Part shown: positions 1-9,599 of the stretch, piece after piece | Layout: every line of letters begins with the position of its first letter | Numbering within the stretch: position 1 is the stretch's first letter | Assembly: GCA_964248365.1 (NCBI GenBank) | Contig: CAXTYC010000009.1 | Coordinates: 126,091 to 148,462 of the forward strand | Source: an uncultured Chroococcidiopsis sp. | GTDB taxonomy: Bacteria > Cyanobacteriota > Cyanobacteriia > Cyanobacteriales > Chroococcidiopsidaceae | Reading direction: 5' to 3' | Length of the DNA: 22,372 bases | Translations under genes and position numbers: made by a program | Notes under the pieces: generated by a model | What the model was told of the DNA's origin: nothing | The model's input: only the letters and a program-made list of their open reading frames with translations | Database searches by the model: none

Positions 1-110
1 TAAGCATTTATCAATAAGCAGTAAGCATTTATCAATAAGCAGTAAGCATTTATCAGTTACCAACTACCAACTACCAATTACCAACTACCAACTACCAACT
101 ACCAGTTACC
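1..110. repeat. Short tandem repeats: 21-bp unit TAAGCATTTATCAATAAGCAG (about 2.6 copies) followed by heptamer (C/T)TACCA(A/G) STRR tract
   Basis: Directly visible: units at 1-21, 22-42, 43-55, then heptamers to 110. STRR heptamer tracts are typical of filamentous/heterocystous cyanobacteria. Confidence 0.9.
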
Positions 111-280
111 GTTTGTCTTACTCATCAATCGCCAATCACTGTGATTGAGAAAGAGAGGGCAGGGGAATGAGTCGTTACTACTCTCTTAGTTTCCTTTGAC
201 ACCCTTCTCACGATAGCGAATCGCTTGATTGTTAAAGGTGGGGTGAAGCCGCACTTAATGGGGGAGGTTATACGAACCTA

Positions 281-335
281 TTTATCAGTTACCAGTTACC
301 AGTTATCAGTTACCAACTACCAACTACCAACTACC
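281..335. repeat. Heptameric STRR tract (TTACCAG/CTACCAA)
   Basis: Tandem TTATCAG/TTACCAG/CTACCAA units, same family as 56-110. Confidence 0.85.
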
Positions 336-512
336 TCTTCTGGTTCTTCGCGGACAATGTATCTACCAGCAAAGCCGCAGCTTGCATCCTGTATTAGGTG
401 TTATATTGTTTGTTCTATTGTGAGGAGCGGATGAGGAGGCATAAAACTATGCTAGTGTTCTTGACGGTGTAGGCAGGACTGGGGGGGCGATCGCGTATTA
501 TAAGGACAGTGC

Positions 513-1542
513 ATGAATAACTTCGGTGAAAAAGTTAGCTTTATCTGGAGCGTTGCTGACTTAATCCGCGATACATTCAAACGCGGTAAATATCAGGATG
601 TCATCCTACCGCTGACCGTTCTGCGACGGCTTGACTGTGTGTTGCAGTCAACTAAAGCCCAAGTACTGGAAACCTACAATCAATACAAAGACAAGCTGGA
701 GAATTTAGATCCGCTACTGTGTAAAAAATCGGGATTTGCCTTTTACAATACATCAAAATACGACTTTGAAAAGCTTTTAGGCGATGCTCAGAATCTAACT
801 GCGAATTTGAACGCTTATATTAAGTGGCTTCAGCAGCAATATGCGTGAAGTGCTGGAGAAATTTGACTTTCCCAACACGATTAAGAAACTGGATGAAGCG
901 AACTTGCTCTACCTAGTGATGGAGAAGTTCAAAAATATTGACTTGCACCCCCATAAAGTTTCCAACCTGGAAATGGGGTATATCTTCGAGGAACTGATTC
1001 GCAAATTCAACAAAGCGCTGAATGAAAATCCTGGGGAACACTTCACCCCGCGAGAAGTGATTCACCTGATGGTTAGTCTGCTGTTATCCCAAGACAGGGA
1101 AGTTCTCAGCCAGGATTATATTACCCGCACCGTTTACGATCCCTACTGTGGTTCGGGGGGAATGCTGACGATTGCTAAAGAGCGCATTCAAGAAATTAAT
1201 CCAAATATCACTGTATTTTTGTTTGGGCAAGAAGTCAATCGGGAGACTTTCGCCGTGTGCAAGTCAGACTTGTACATGAAAAGCCTTGACGGTCGGGATG
1301 CGGAAAATCTAAAGTTTGGTAGTACCCTTTCTAATGACCAACACGCCGATAAGCAGTTTGATTATCTTCTAGCGAATCCTCCCTATGGCAAAGAATGGAA
1401 AGGAGATCAAACAGCAGTTAAAGCAGAAGCAGATAAGGTAGGAAGTCGCTTTAGTGCTCGTTTACCACGTATTAGTGACGGTCAGTTGCTGTTTCTTCAG
1501 CATATGCTCTCGCGGATGCACTCACCTGAAAAAGGCGAAAGT
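513..1542 (+). pseudogene. hsdM: Type I RM methyltransferase HsdM, frameshifted and C-terminally truncated
   Basis: HsdM N-terminus (FIWSVADLIRD...YQDVILPLTVLRRLD). Removing one extra G at about 824 restores YINGFSSNMREVLEKF and joins ORFs 513..848 and 841..2139. Motifs GEHFTPREV, DPYCGSGGML (motif I) and NPPY (motif IV) are present. HsdM similarity stops after QHMLSRMHSPEKG. Confidence 0.9.
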
Positions 1543-2139
1543 ATGTTACTTAAACGAATTGCCAATGTTCGCTATGGACTAGGACAACCCCCTGCTGAAA
1601 TTGCTGATGGTACTTGCTTAATTCGGGCTACAAACATCAAAAGTGGTTTTATATCTGATGAAGGAATGCTTTATGTTGACCCTAACGAAGTGCCTGAAAG
1701 TAGGAATGCAATTTTATCTTTAGGAGAAATCATTGTTGTGCGGAGTGGAGCATACACAGGAGATTCGGCAATAATACCCCTGAAGTATGCAGGTGCTATC
1801 GCTGGTTACGATATGGTTTTAGCTATCAAAAAAGGGGTTAATTCTTTTTTCGCGTGGCAAATTTTATCTCCTGAAGTGCGTGATTTGCAATTTGGCTTTC
1901 ATCAACTAAGAGCAGCACAGCCTCACTTAAATGCAGAAGAATTAAGAGAAACAATTGTTGTTGTTCCGCCAATTGATGAACAAAAAGCGATCGCCTCTTT
2001 CCTCGATCACGAAACCACCAAAATCGATGCCCTCATTGCCAAAATCCGCACAGGTATAGAGCAGCTGAAAGAATACCGCACCGCCCTCATCTCATCTGCT
2101 GTAACAGGCAAAATAGATGTCCGCGACGAGGTGAAATGA
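1543..2139 (+). pseudogene. hsdS: C-terminal half of type I RM specificity subunit HsdS (one TRD plus conserved region), fused in frame to truncated HsdM
   Basis: TRD-like IRATNIKSG...GEIIVVRSGA...AAQPHLNAEEL followed by the HsdS conserved helix PPIDEQKAIASFLDHETTKIDALI...LKEYRTALISSAVTGKIDVR. Confidence 0.85.
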
Positions 2140-2200
2140 CGCAGCCGATTTATTTTTCAGAACACGCCAAACTATAAATGCAGCTACGTGGTGCAAGATC
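2136..2200 (+). pseudogene. Remnant of DUF4258-like (RelE/BrnT-like toxin fold) gene
   Basis: ATG overlaps the hsdS stop (ATGA 2136-2139). Reads MTQPIYFSEHAKL*MQLRGA, matching the DUF4258-type N-terminal pattern FSxHAxxxMxxRG, with TAA at 2175 and truncation. Confidence 0.55.
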
Positions 2201-2229
2201 TAAGTTGATAGACGTGCCGAGGAATAGCA

Positions 2230-2808
2230 ATGAACGCGCTCACACTAAATCTCCACTCAATGGGAGAACCCACCGACGAGCAATTTGAGCAAATAGCCGC
2301 CACTAACCAAAACCTACGGCTAGAGCGCACAGCAGGGGGAGAATTAGTTATCATGCCACCCACAGGCGGAGAAACCGGAGAACGTAACCTAGATATAGAA
2401 GGGCAAATCTGGCTTTGGAACCGTCAAAATCGGCTGGGGAGGGCTTTTAATTCCTCTACAGGTTTCAAGTTGCCAAATGGCGCAACCCGCTCCCCTGACG
2501 CTTCCTGGGTGGCTCAGGCGCGATGGGATGCTTTAACTCCTCAGCAGCGAAAGAAATTTCCGCCTCTGTGTCCAGATTTTGTAGTTGAACTTCTCTCGGA
2601 AACCGACGATTTAGAAGAAACTCAAGCCAAGATGCAAGAGTATTTAGATAATGGGATTCGTTTAGGTTGGTTAATCAATCCAACAACTCAACAAGTAGAG
2701 ATTTATCTACGCGATCGCCCTATTGAAGTTTTACAATCTCCTACCACTTTATCAGGAGAAGACGTACTGCCAGGATTTGTCTTAGACTTGCAATTAATTT
2801 TTAGTTAA
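2230..2808 (+). CDS. Uma2 family (DUF820) PD-(D/E)XK endonuclease-like protein, 192 aa
   Basis: LERTAGGELVIMPPTGGETG, FNSSTGFKLPNGATRSPDASW and PLCPDFVVEL are hallmark cyanobacterial Uma2 motifs. Confidence 0.95.
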   Translation: MNALTLNLHSMGEPTDEQFEQIAATNQNLRLERTAGGELVIMPPTGGETGERNLDIEGQIWLWNRQNRLGRAFNSSTGFKLPNGATRSPDASWVAQARWDALTPQQRKKFPPLCPDFVVELLSETDDLEETQAKMQEYLDNGIRLGWLINPTTQQVEIYLRDRPIEVLQSPTTLSGEDVLPGFVLDLQLIFS

Positions 2809-2827
2809 ACAGCAATGGTAGACCCAA

Positions 2828-3007
2828 GGGCATTCCTAAATGATTCGTAAACCTCTATAGTTCTTAACTTTGCCTTCTAGCCTGCGGCAACGGCTTTGCA
2901 GTATGCGTCTTTGCGGTAGCCTAGCCTTCGGCAACGCTACGCGAACGGCAAGCCCTTCGGTCTACGTTAAAAAAAGTCTATTTCACAAATCAAATAGGAT
3001 CGCTATA
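2828..3007. mobile_element. MITE-like/composite dispersed repeat with imperfect terminal inverted repeats and nested small palindromic repeats
   Basis: Left end GGGCATTCCTAAATGATTCGTAAA (2828-2851) versus reverse complement of right end (2982-3005) TAGCGATCCTATTTGATTTGTGAA: 16/24 identical. Interior carries SDR-like GCCTTCGGCAACGC motifs. Confidence 0.5.
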
Positions 3008-3016
3008 GGGCAAACC

Positions 3017-3595
3017 ATGAACGCATTAATCTTAAATTTGCCTCCAATTCTCAAACTTACAGACGAGCAGTTTGAACAGCTAGCAGCTGCTAACCGAGAC
3101 TTGCGGCTTGAACTCACGGCTGAGGGAGAGTTAGTTATTATGCCACCTACCGGAGGAAACACGGGTAAACGCAATATAGATCTATCTTTTCAACTACAAG
3201 CCTGGAACCGTCAGAATCAATTAGGTGTTGCTTTCGACTCTTCCACTGCTTTTAGACTTCCCAACGGGGCGGAACGTTCTCCCGATGCTAGCTGGGTGAG
3301 ACAAGCAAGATGGGACGCACTGACACCAGAACAACAAGATACGTTCCCGCCGCTTTGTCCTGATTTTGTTGTAGAGTTGCGTTCTCGTACTGACAGCCTG
3401 GAAGAATTAAGAGCTAAGATGCGGGAATATCTAAATAATGGGTTGCAGCTAGGCTGGTTGATTGACCCCAAAACTAGGCAAGTAGAAATTTATCTACGCG
3501 ATCGCCCCATTGAAGTTTTACAATCTCCCACCACTTTATCAGGAGAAGACGTACTGCCAGGATTTGTCTTAGACTTGCAATTAATTTTTAGTTAA
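3017..3595 (+). CDS. Uma2 family (DUF820) endonuclease-like protein, 192 aa
   Basis: Same motifs and length as 2230..2808. The likely start is ATG 3017 (MNALILNL); the upstream ORF-track extension runs through the repeat element. Confidence 0.93.
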   Translation: MNALILNLPPILKLTDEQFEQLAAANRDLRLELTAEGELVIMPPTGGNTGKRNIDLSFQLQAWNRQNQLGVAFDSSTAFRLPNGAERSPDASWVRQARWDALTPEQQDTFPPLCPDFVVELRSRTDSLEELRAKMREYLNNGLQLGWLIDPKTRQVEIYLRDRPIEVLQSPTTLSGEDVLPGFVLDLQLIFS

Positions 3596-3598
3596 ACA

Positions 3599-6569
3599 AT
3601 GGTAGATACATCGGAAAAAAACTTTGAGGCAACAATTGAACAAAGCCTTTTAGCCAATGGCTACCGCAAACGCGATCCTAAAGACTACGATCGCTCGCTT
3701 TGCCTCATCCCTAATGATGTGTTTGACTTTATCTATGCTACCCAGCCGCAGGAATGGGAAAAATTTCAGCAGCAGGAGGGTGATGAAGCCAAGCAGAAAT
3801 TATTACAACGCCTAATGCAGCAGGTGCGCGATCGCGGTACTCTAGAAGTTTTACGCAAAGGTATCAAAGCTAACGGTAGTAGCTTCAAACTGAGTTATTT
3901 CCGTCCCGTTAGCGGTTTAAATGAAGAACTCCAAAAACTCTACCAAGGCAACTTTTTTACCATCGTTCGCCAACTGAAATACAGCCAGAAGAATGAAAAC
4001 AGCCTAGACTTAGGCATTTTCCTGAATGGACTACCCATATTCACCGCCGAACTCAAAAACCCACTGGGGGGGCAAACTGTTGAGGATGCGATTAAACAAT
4101 ATCGCACATCCCGCGAAACACGCGAACCCTTATTTACAATTGGGCGCTGTTTATCCCACTTTGCCGTAGATCCAGATTTTGTTTATTTTACCACTCATCT
4201 TCAGGGATTCAAAACAAACTTCCTTCCCTTTAACCTGGGACGAAACTACGGCGCAGGTAATCCCCCTTCTGCTTTTGGCTTCGCTACTGCATACCTTTGG
4301 GAGCAAATTTGGTCGCCCGATAGCACACTTGACTTAATCCAAAATTTTGTGCAGTTGGTGGAAGAAGAAGACGAAAAAGACAGAAAGACTGGTAAAAAGA
4401 TCTCGGTTTTCCCCCGTTACCATCAACTCGATGCCGTCCGCCGTTTAGTAGCTGATGCGCGTAATAAAGGCACAGGACAGCGTTATTTAATTCAGCATAG
4501 TGCAGGCAGTGGTAAGAGTAAATCGATTTCCTAGTTAGCGCATCAGTAGCAACTTTACACGGTACAGACGATCGCAGGATTTTTGATTCGGTTATTGTGA
4601 TTAGCGATCGCCGTCAGCTAGACAGCCAGCTTCAACGCGATGTACGCTCCTTTGCTCAAATTGTGGGTGTAGTGGAAAACATTGACCAGACTTCCCGCCA
4701 GCTGAAGCAAGCACTAGAAGAAGGCAAAAATATTATCGTCACCACGCTGCAAAAATTCTCTGTGATTGTCGATCAAATAAGTCAACTTTCGGGAAATCGC
4801 TTTGCAGTCATTATCGATGAAGCTCACTCCTCCCAAACTGGAGAAAGCGCCAAAAAACTTAAAGCTGTACTTAGCGCTACCAGCCTAGAAGCTGCCGAAC
4901 AAGAAGAAGTCGAAGCAGAAGATTTAGAAGATCGCGTCGTAGCAGAAGCGAGAAAGCGAGGTAGGTTGCCCAATTTGAGCTACTTTGCCTTTACCGCTAC
5001 GCCAAAGCCAAAAACCTTGGAATTGCTTGGCACAGTTCATCCCAATGGCAATTATACACCTTTTAGCCTTTATACAATGCGTCAGGCGATCGAGGAAAAA
5101 TTTATTCTCGATGTCTTAAATAACTACACTACCTATAAAACCTACTTTAGCTTACTCAAAACCGTTGAAGACGACCCCCGCTACGACCGTGCGAAAGCAA
5201 ATACTCTGCTCAAATGGTTTGTGGATTTACACGAACACGGGATCGAGCGGAAAGTTGCTATTATGGTCGAACACTTTGCCCAACACGTTGCTAACCAAAT
5301 TGGCGGTAAAGCTAAGGCAATGATTGTCACGCGATCGCGTCTTCATGCAGTTCGCTACAAATTGGCAAGCGATCGCTATTTAAAAGATAAAGGCTATCCC
5401 TACAAAACCCTAGTGGCATTTACCGGAAAAGTAAAAGACGGCATTGAATACAGCGAAACTGGGATGAATACCACCTCAGATGGTAAAAGCATTCCTGAAA
5501 AAGCAACAGCCAAGGCATTTAAACAAGATAAATACCGCTTTTTGATTGTCGCCAATAAATTTCAAACAGGATTCGATCAGCCGTTACTACATACGATGTA
5601 TGTGGATAAAAAGCTAGGTGGTGTAAATGCAGTGCAAACCCTCTCGCGGCTCAATCGCATACATCCAGGTAAAAATGACACAATGGTTCTCGACTTTGCC
5701 AACGAAGCTGACCAGATCCAAAAAGCATTTGAGGATTATTACGACCGGACAATCTTAAGCGAAGGCACTGATCCGAACTTACTATATGACCTACAAACGC
5801 AGTTAGGGGATTTCACTTTTACGACAGCGGCGATATAGATCGCTTCAGTGCGATTTATTTTGCTTCCAATGCAACCCAGGATAAATTACACGCTGCTTTA
5901 GATCCTGTGGTAGAACGATATAGACAAGCGATCGCCCCCACACAATTTGATTTTCGCGGTAAACTAAAAGACTACGAGCGCCTCTATGCCTTTTTGTCAC
6001 AAGTCGTTCCCTTCGCTGATGCCGAGCTAGAGAAATTTTACGAATTTGCTCGGCATTTATCGCGTAAGCTACCAGTCTCTAGCTCGCGGCTTCCTGCCGA
6101 AATTCAACAACATATTGAATTAGATTCCTACCGCATTCAACAAACCAATAGCGGCAAAATTCAACCCAAACGCGGTACTAAGCAATTAGACCCAATTGGC
6201 TCAAAAGGGGCAAGTATGCCTACACCAGAAACACTAGAGCCACTATCGCAAATTATTGGGCAGCTAAACCAGCGTTTCGGTACAGATTTGGGTGATGATG
6301 ACAAGGTATTTATCGAGCAACTTGAGACAAAGTTAGATCGCAGCGACACGCTAAAGGCTAGTATTCGGGTTAATTCGCCTCAAAATGCCCTCCTGACTTT
6401 TAACAACGTGGTCAATGACCAGATGCAGGAAATGATCGAGACGAATTTCAAGTTCTACAAGCAAGTCAACGACGATCCTGAATTTGCCAAAGCTTTGCTA
6501 AATTGGCTGTTCCAAAGATACCTCGACCGAGCAGATAATCAACCTCATGAAGGATCTGAAGGTACTTGA
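3599..6569 (+). pseudogene. hsdR: Type I restriction endonuclease subunit HsdR, disrupted
   Basis: Nuclease motif DLGIFLNGLPIFTAELKN, Walker A HSAGSGKS, DEAH, FTATP and TGFDQP. Lesions: TGG>TAG at 4532-4534 (SIS-W-LAHQ), 1-nt deletion at about 4547, 1-nt deletion at about 5813. These split it into ORFs 3599..4534, 4597..5838 and 5907..6569. Confidence 0.93.
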
Positions 6570-6576
6570 GCGGTGA

Positions 6577-6720
6577 GGCTGGGGGAGCTTCGGGTGCAGG
6601 GGGGACAAGGGGACAAGGGGACAAGGTGAGTAATTACTTTAAGCTTCCCCCTCTCTCCAAGTCTTCCCCCTCCCCAAGTCCAATTCTTGCCCCTAGCCCC
6701 TAGCCTCTAGCCCCTTTCCC
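6577..6720. repeat. STRR-type tandem repeats (GGGGACAA, CCCTAGC) between convergent genes
   Basis: GGGGACAA x3 and CCCTAGC-type x3 visible. Confidence 0.75.
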
Positions 6721-6721
6721 T

Positions 6722-7453
6722 TCAATCCCCCTGTGGGTACTCATCCCACAATGTCGTAATCTCGCGTAGACTTTGGTGATTGCCATTGCCTAAAATCAGA
6801 TGATCCAGCAAGGGAATACCTAAAAACTGCGCCCCTGCTAAGAGTTGACGAGTCAAATCAATATCTTGCAGACTCGGTTCAACATTACCTGAAGGATGAT
6901 TGTGAGCTACAATCACGCGGGTAGCTCCCTGACGAATCACTTCCCGAAAAATTTCACGCGGAGAAGCCAAAGTTTCTGTTGCTGTGCCGATGGTAATCAC
7001 TTGAGTGCCAATTAAGCGATTTTTCACATCTAGAAGTAGAACCGCAAAATGCTCTTGTGCCTGCCACATTAAATCATGACTTAGTGCAGCAGCAGCAGCA
7101 GCAGGGCTTTCTATCGGGTTGCGCTCTAAGGGACGAGATTGAAACACACGCTTGCCTAATTCAATTGCTGCTAGAATTGTGGTTGCCTTTGCAGGTCCAA
7201 TTCCTTCAATGTCCATCAATTGTTGCACACTGACATCCCGCAATATTACTAAAGGGTCGCGCTGATGTTTGCTTAGTTCCTGCAACAGGTATTGTCCTAA
7301 TCCTACAGCAGAAAGTTTTCCAGGTCCCTGACCTGTGCCTAACAGAATTGCAATTAGTTCGGCTGTCGCTAAAGTTTTCGATCCATGAGCCATTAGTCGC
7401 TCACGCGGACGTTCAGTTGTCGGTATATCAGCAATTCTAAGGCAATAGGTCAT
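6722..7453 (-). CDS. radC: DNA repair protein RadC (HhH plus JAB domain), 243 aa
   Basis: ERPRERL...[18 protein letters not shown] (HhH) and [14 protein letters not shown] (JAB metal motif). Start taken at ATG 7453 (MTYCLRI). Confidence 0.95.
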   Translation of the reverse strand: MTYCLRIADIPTTERPRERLMAHGSKTLATAELIAILLGTGQGPGKLSAVGLGQYLLQELSKHQRDPLVILRDVSVQQLMDIEGIGPAKATTILAAIELGKRVFQSRPLERNPIESPAAAAAALSHDLMWQAQEHFAVLLLDVKNRLIGTQVITIGTATETLASPREIFREVIRQGATRVIVAHNHPSGNVEPSLQDIDLTRQLLAGAQFLGIPLLDHLILGNGNHQSLREITTLWDEYPQGD

Positions 7454-7591
7454 AAATATAACCAGTAGTGACGCGGGTAGCAAAAAGACAACACGACAAA
7501 TCAGCAGTCAAATGATTTTGCTGCTAATTGTCTTATTTATAGTTTTCCCTTTTCTGTCTAAAAAATCACACTGAATTTACAAAATACTTAA

Positions 7592-7728
7592 TAGGGTAAA
7601 GGGTAAAGGGTAAAGGTAAAAGGGACTCGGAAATTCATAATTTCTCCCCCAGATCTCTTATCTCCCCCAGCTCCCCCAACTCCCCCAGCTCTGATTATCT
7701 CTCCCTAGCCCCTAGCCCCTAGCCCCTC
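7592..7728. repeat. STRR-type tandem repeats (GGGTAAA, CTCCCCCAG, CCCTAGC)
   Basis: Tandem hepta- and nonamer units visible in the intergenic region. Confidence 0.8.
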
Positions 7729-7739
7729 TGCCTGCTACA

Positions 7740-9329
7740 TTACAAAGGACGATACACGCGATAATTGATACTGGGGAAAATATTATCCATCTGCTCGACT
7801 TTTTCTAACCAACCGCTGTCGATTTTGCCGATTTTGATGTCTTCGTACAGCTTATTAAACCGCATCAGGTGCGATCGCGTCCTTCTGACTGCATAAGGAA
7901 CCATCGTTCCCGTCCGCATAATAAACGCCCAGTCTGAAGATTGTGCTAACAGCAATTCTCGCGCCGCCTGGTTAAGTGCTTTCCACTCCAATTCATCCAC
8001 TGGTTCGCGCCGTCCTAATTCAATCATCCGCTCTGTGGCTTTGTGTAAATGCGGATATATCCAGGCATTGGTTTCATTTAACCAATACTCATGAAATCCC
8101 TTGTAACCCCAACTCGACTGGGAAGGACGACAGACTTGTTGCGTCGGATTCTCCCGTAAGTAGTCTGCCAAATGAGTCATTTTATATGTACCTTGGTCAA
8201 ACCAGGACTTACGGAATAGGTAATCTATAAACCAAGGACCTTCATACCACCAGTGTCCAAACAACTCCGCATCGTAGGGCGAAACAATAATCGGTGGGCG
8301 GTGCATTATACCATAAAGATGCTCAACTTGCCGCTCTCGGTTATACATAAAGTTGGCAGCGTGTTCGGTTGTCTTTTGCCGCGCCCAGTAGGGGTCATAG
8401 AGTGCTTTATCTCCCAATCCCAAACCACGCCCAGTAATCTTGTGATACTTAATGCCCGTGTTTTTCCGCTGACCATTGGGCATTATATAAGGTTTAATGT
8501 ACTCGTATTCTGCTTCCCAACCCAAATCTTTGTAAAATTCACGATATTCGGGCGCACCAGGATAGCCTACCTCAGAAGACCATACTTGCTGAGAAGATTC
8601 ATGATCTCGACCAAAAGCAGCAACACCAGTCTCGGTAAAAATCGGGGCATAGGAACCAAAGCGGGGACGGGGACGAGCGTAAAGAATGCCATGCCCATCG
8701 GTGAGGAAGTAGCGCAAGCCTGCATCGGCTAACATCCGCTCTACTCCTTCATAATAAGCACACTCAGGCAGCCAAATTCCCCTCGGTGGACAACCAAAAG
8801 TTTGCTCGTAGTGTTCACAGGCTACCTTAATTTGCGCCCAGACTGCCTGGGGATACATCTTCATTAGCGGTAGATAGCCGTGAGTTGCCCCGCAGGTGAT
8901 TATTTCCAGGTTGTTAGTATCTTGGAACTGCTTAAACGCAGTTACCAAATCTCCTTTGTAGCGTTCCCACAGTTCACGAATGGAATTGAATTCTTTGGCG
9001 TAAAACTCGGCTAAATAGCGAATATGACCATTTTGAGCATTATGCTCAACTTCCATTTCTACAAGTTCTTCTAGCTTAGCTAGATGTTCGTCGTAGCGTT
9101 CTTGCAGGAGGGGATCGCGTAGCATCGACACCAGAGGAGGTGTCATACTCATGGTAATTTTGAAGTCAACGCCGTCTTGTTTTAATCCTTCAAATACTCG
9201 CAGTAAAGGAATATAGGTTTCTGTAATCGCTTCATAAAGCCATTCTTCCTCCAATACATAATCGCTTTCGGGGTGGCGAACAAAGGGTAAGTGAGCATGG
9301 AGGACAAGGGCGACGTAGCCAATAGCCAT
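7740..9329 (-). CDS. Glycoside hydrolase family 57 (DUF1957) 1,4-alpha-glucan branching enzyme, 529 aa
   Basis: HAHLPFVRHP, GIWLPECAY (nucleophile Glu), PYDAELFGHWWYEG (acid/base Asp) and LLAQSSDWAF are GH57 branching-enzyme conserved regions. Confidence 0.95.
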   Translation of the reverse strand: MAIGYVALVLHAHLPFVRHPESDYVLEEEWLYEAITETYIPLLRVFEGLKQDGVDFKITMSMTPPLVSMLRDPLLQERYDEHLAKLEELVEMEVEHNAQNGHIRYLAEFYAKEFNSIRELWERYKGDLVTAFKQFQDTNNLEIITCGATHGYLPLMKMYPQAVWAQIKVACEHYEQTFGCPPRGIWLPECAYYEGVERMLADAGLRYFLTDGHGILYARPRPRFGSYAPIFTETGVAAFGRDHESSQQVWSSEVGYPGAPEYREFYKDLGWEAEYEYIKPYIMPNGQRKNTGIKYHKITGRGLGLGDKALYDPYWARQKTTEHAANFMYNRERQVEHLYGIMHRPPIIVSPYDAELFGHWWYEGPWFIDYLFRKSWFDQGTYKMTHLADYLRENPTQQVCRPSQSSWGYKGFHEYWLNETNAWIYPHLHKATERMIELGRREPVDELEWKALNQAARELLLAQSSDWAFIMRTGTMVPYAVRRTRSHLMRFNKLYEDIKIGKIDSGWLEKVEQMDNIFPSINYRVYRPL

Positions 9330-9599
9330 AGTGATTTAGGGATTGTGAGTGAACGAGTAACCAGAGGAAGGAACCGAAGTAAACTTTAAGATATCTTAAG
9401 AATTTTAGGTCGAAAGTGGTAGCACAAGCGAACAAAAGACGGCGATCGCCCAAAAAATCCTAAATATGGGTAAACCCAAACTAGGAATTTATATCTGCGG
9501 CAGGATATCGAGGCGATCGCCTTCCTGCTCTAATCAAAATAGGTATGTTTCAACAATACAGCAGCAGTGGGCGACAAATCGCAACAACCAATTAGGCAA

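Noticed and set aside
236..250. AGGTGGGGTGAAG resembles the 3' end of type V-K CRISPR repeats (GGTGGGTTGAAAG)
   Set aside because: Single imperfect short match; no array, tracrRNA, cas12k or Tn7-like genes in the window.
225..434. 69-aa ORF
   Set aside because: Runs through the STRR tract (SYQLSVTNYQLPTT is translated repeat), TTG start, no recognisable domain.
2870..3016. 49-aa N-terminal extension of the second Uma2 in the ORF track
   Set aside because: It is translated repeat-element DNA; the paralog alignment places the start at ATG 3017.
820..5820. Programmed frameshifting or phase variation explaining the hsdM/hsdR breaks
   Set aside because: The lesions are not in long homopolymers or slippery repeats and co-occur with a nonsense codon and a large deletion; simple decay (or sequencing error) is more parsimonious.
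6722..7453. radC as a mobile-element anti-restriction gene or integration hotspot
   Set aside because: It is the intact full-length (HhH plus JAB) chromosomal form; no integrase or att duplication was seen beside it.
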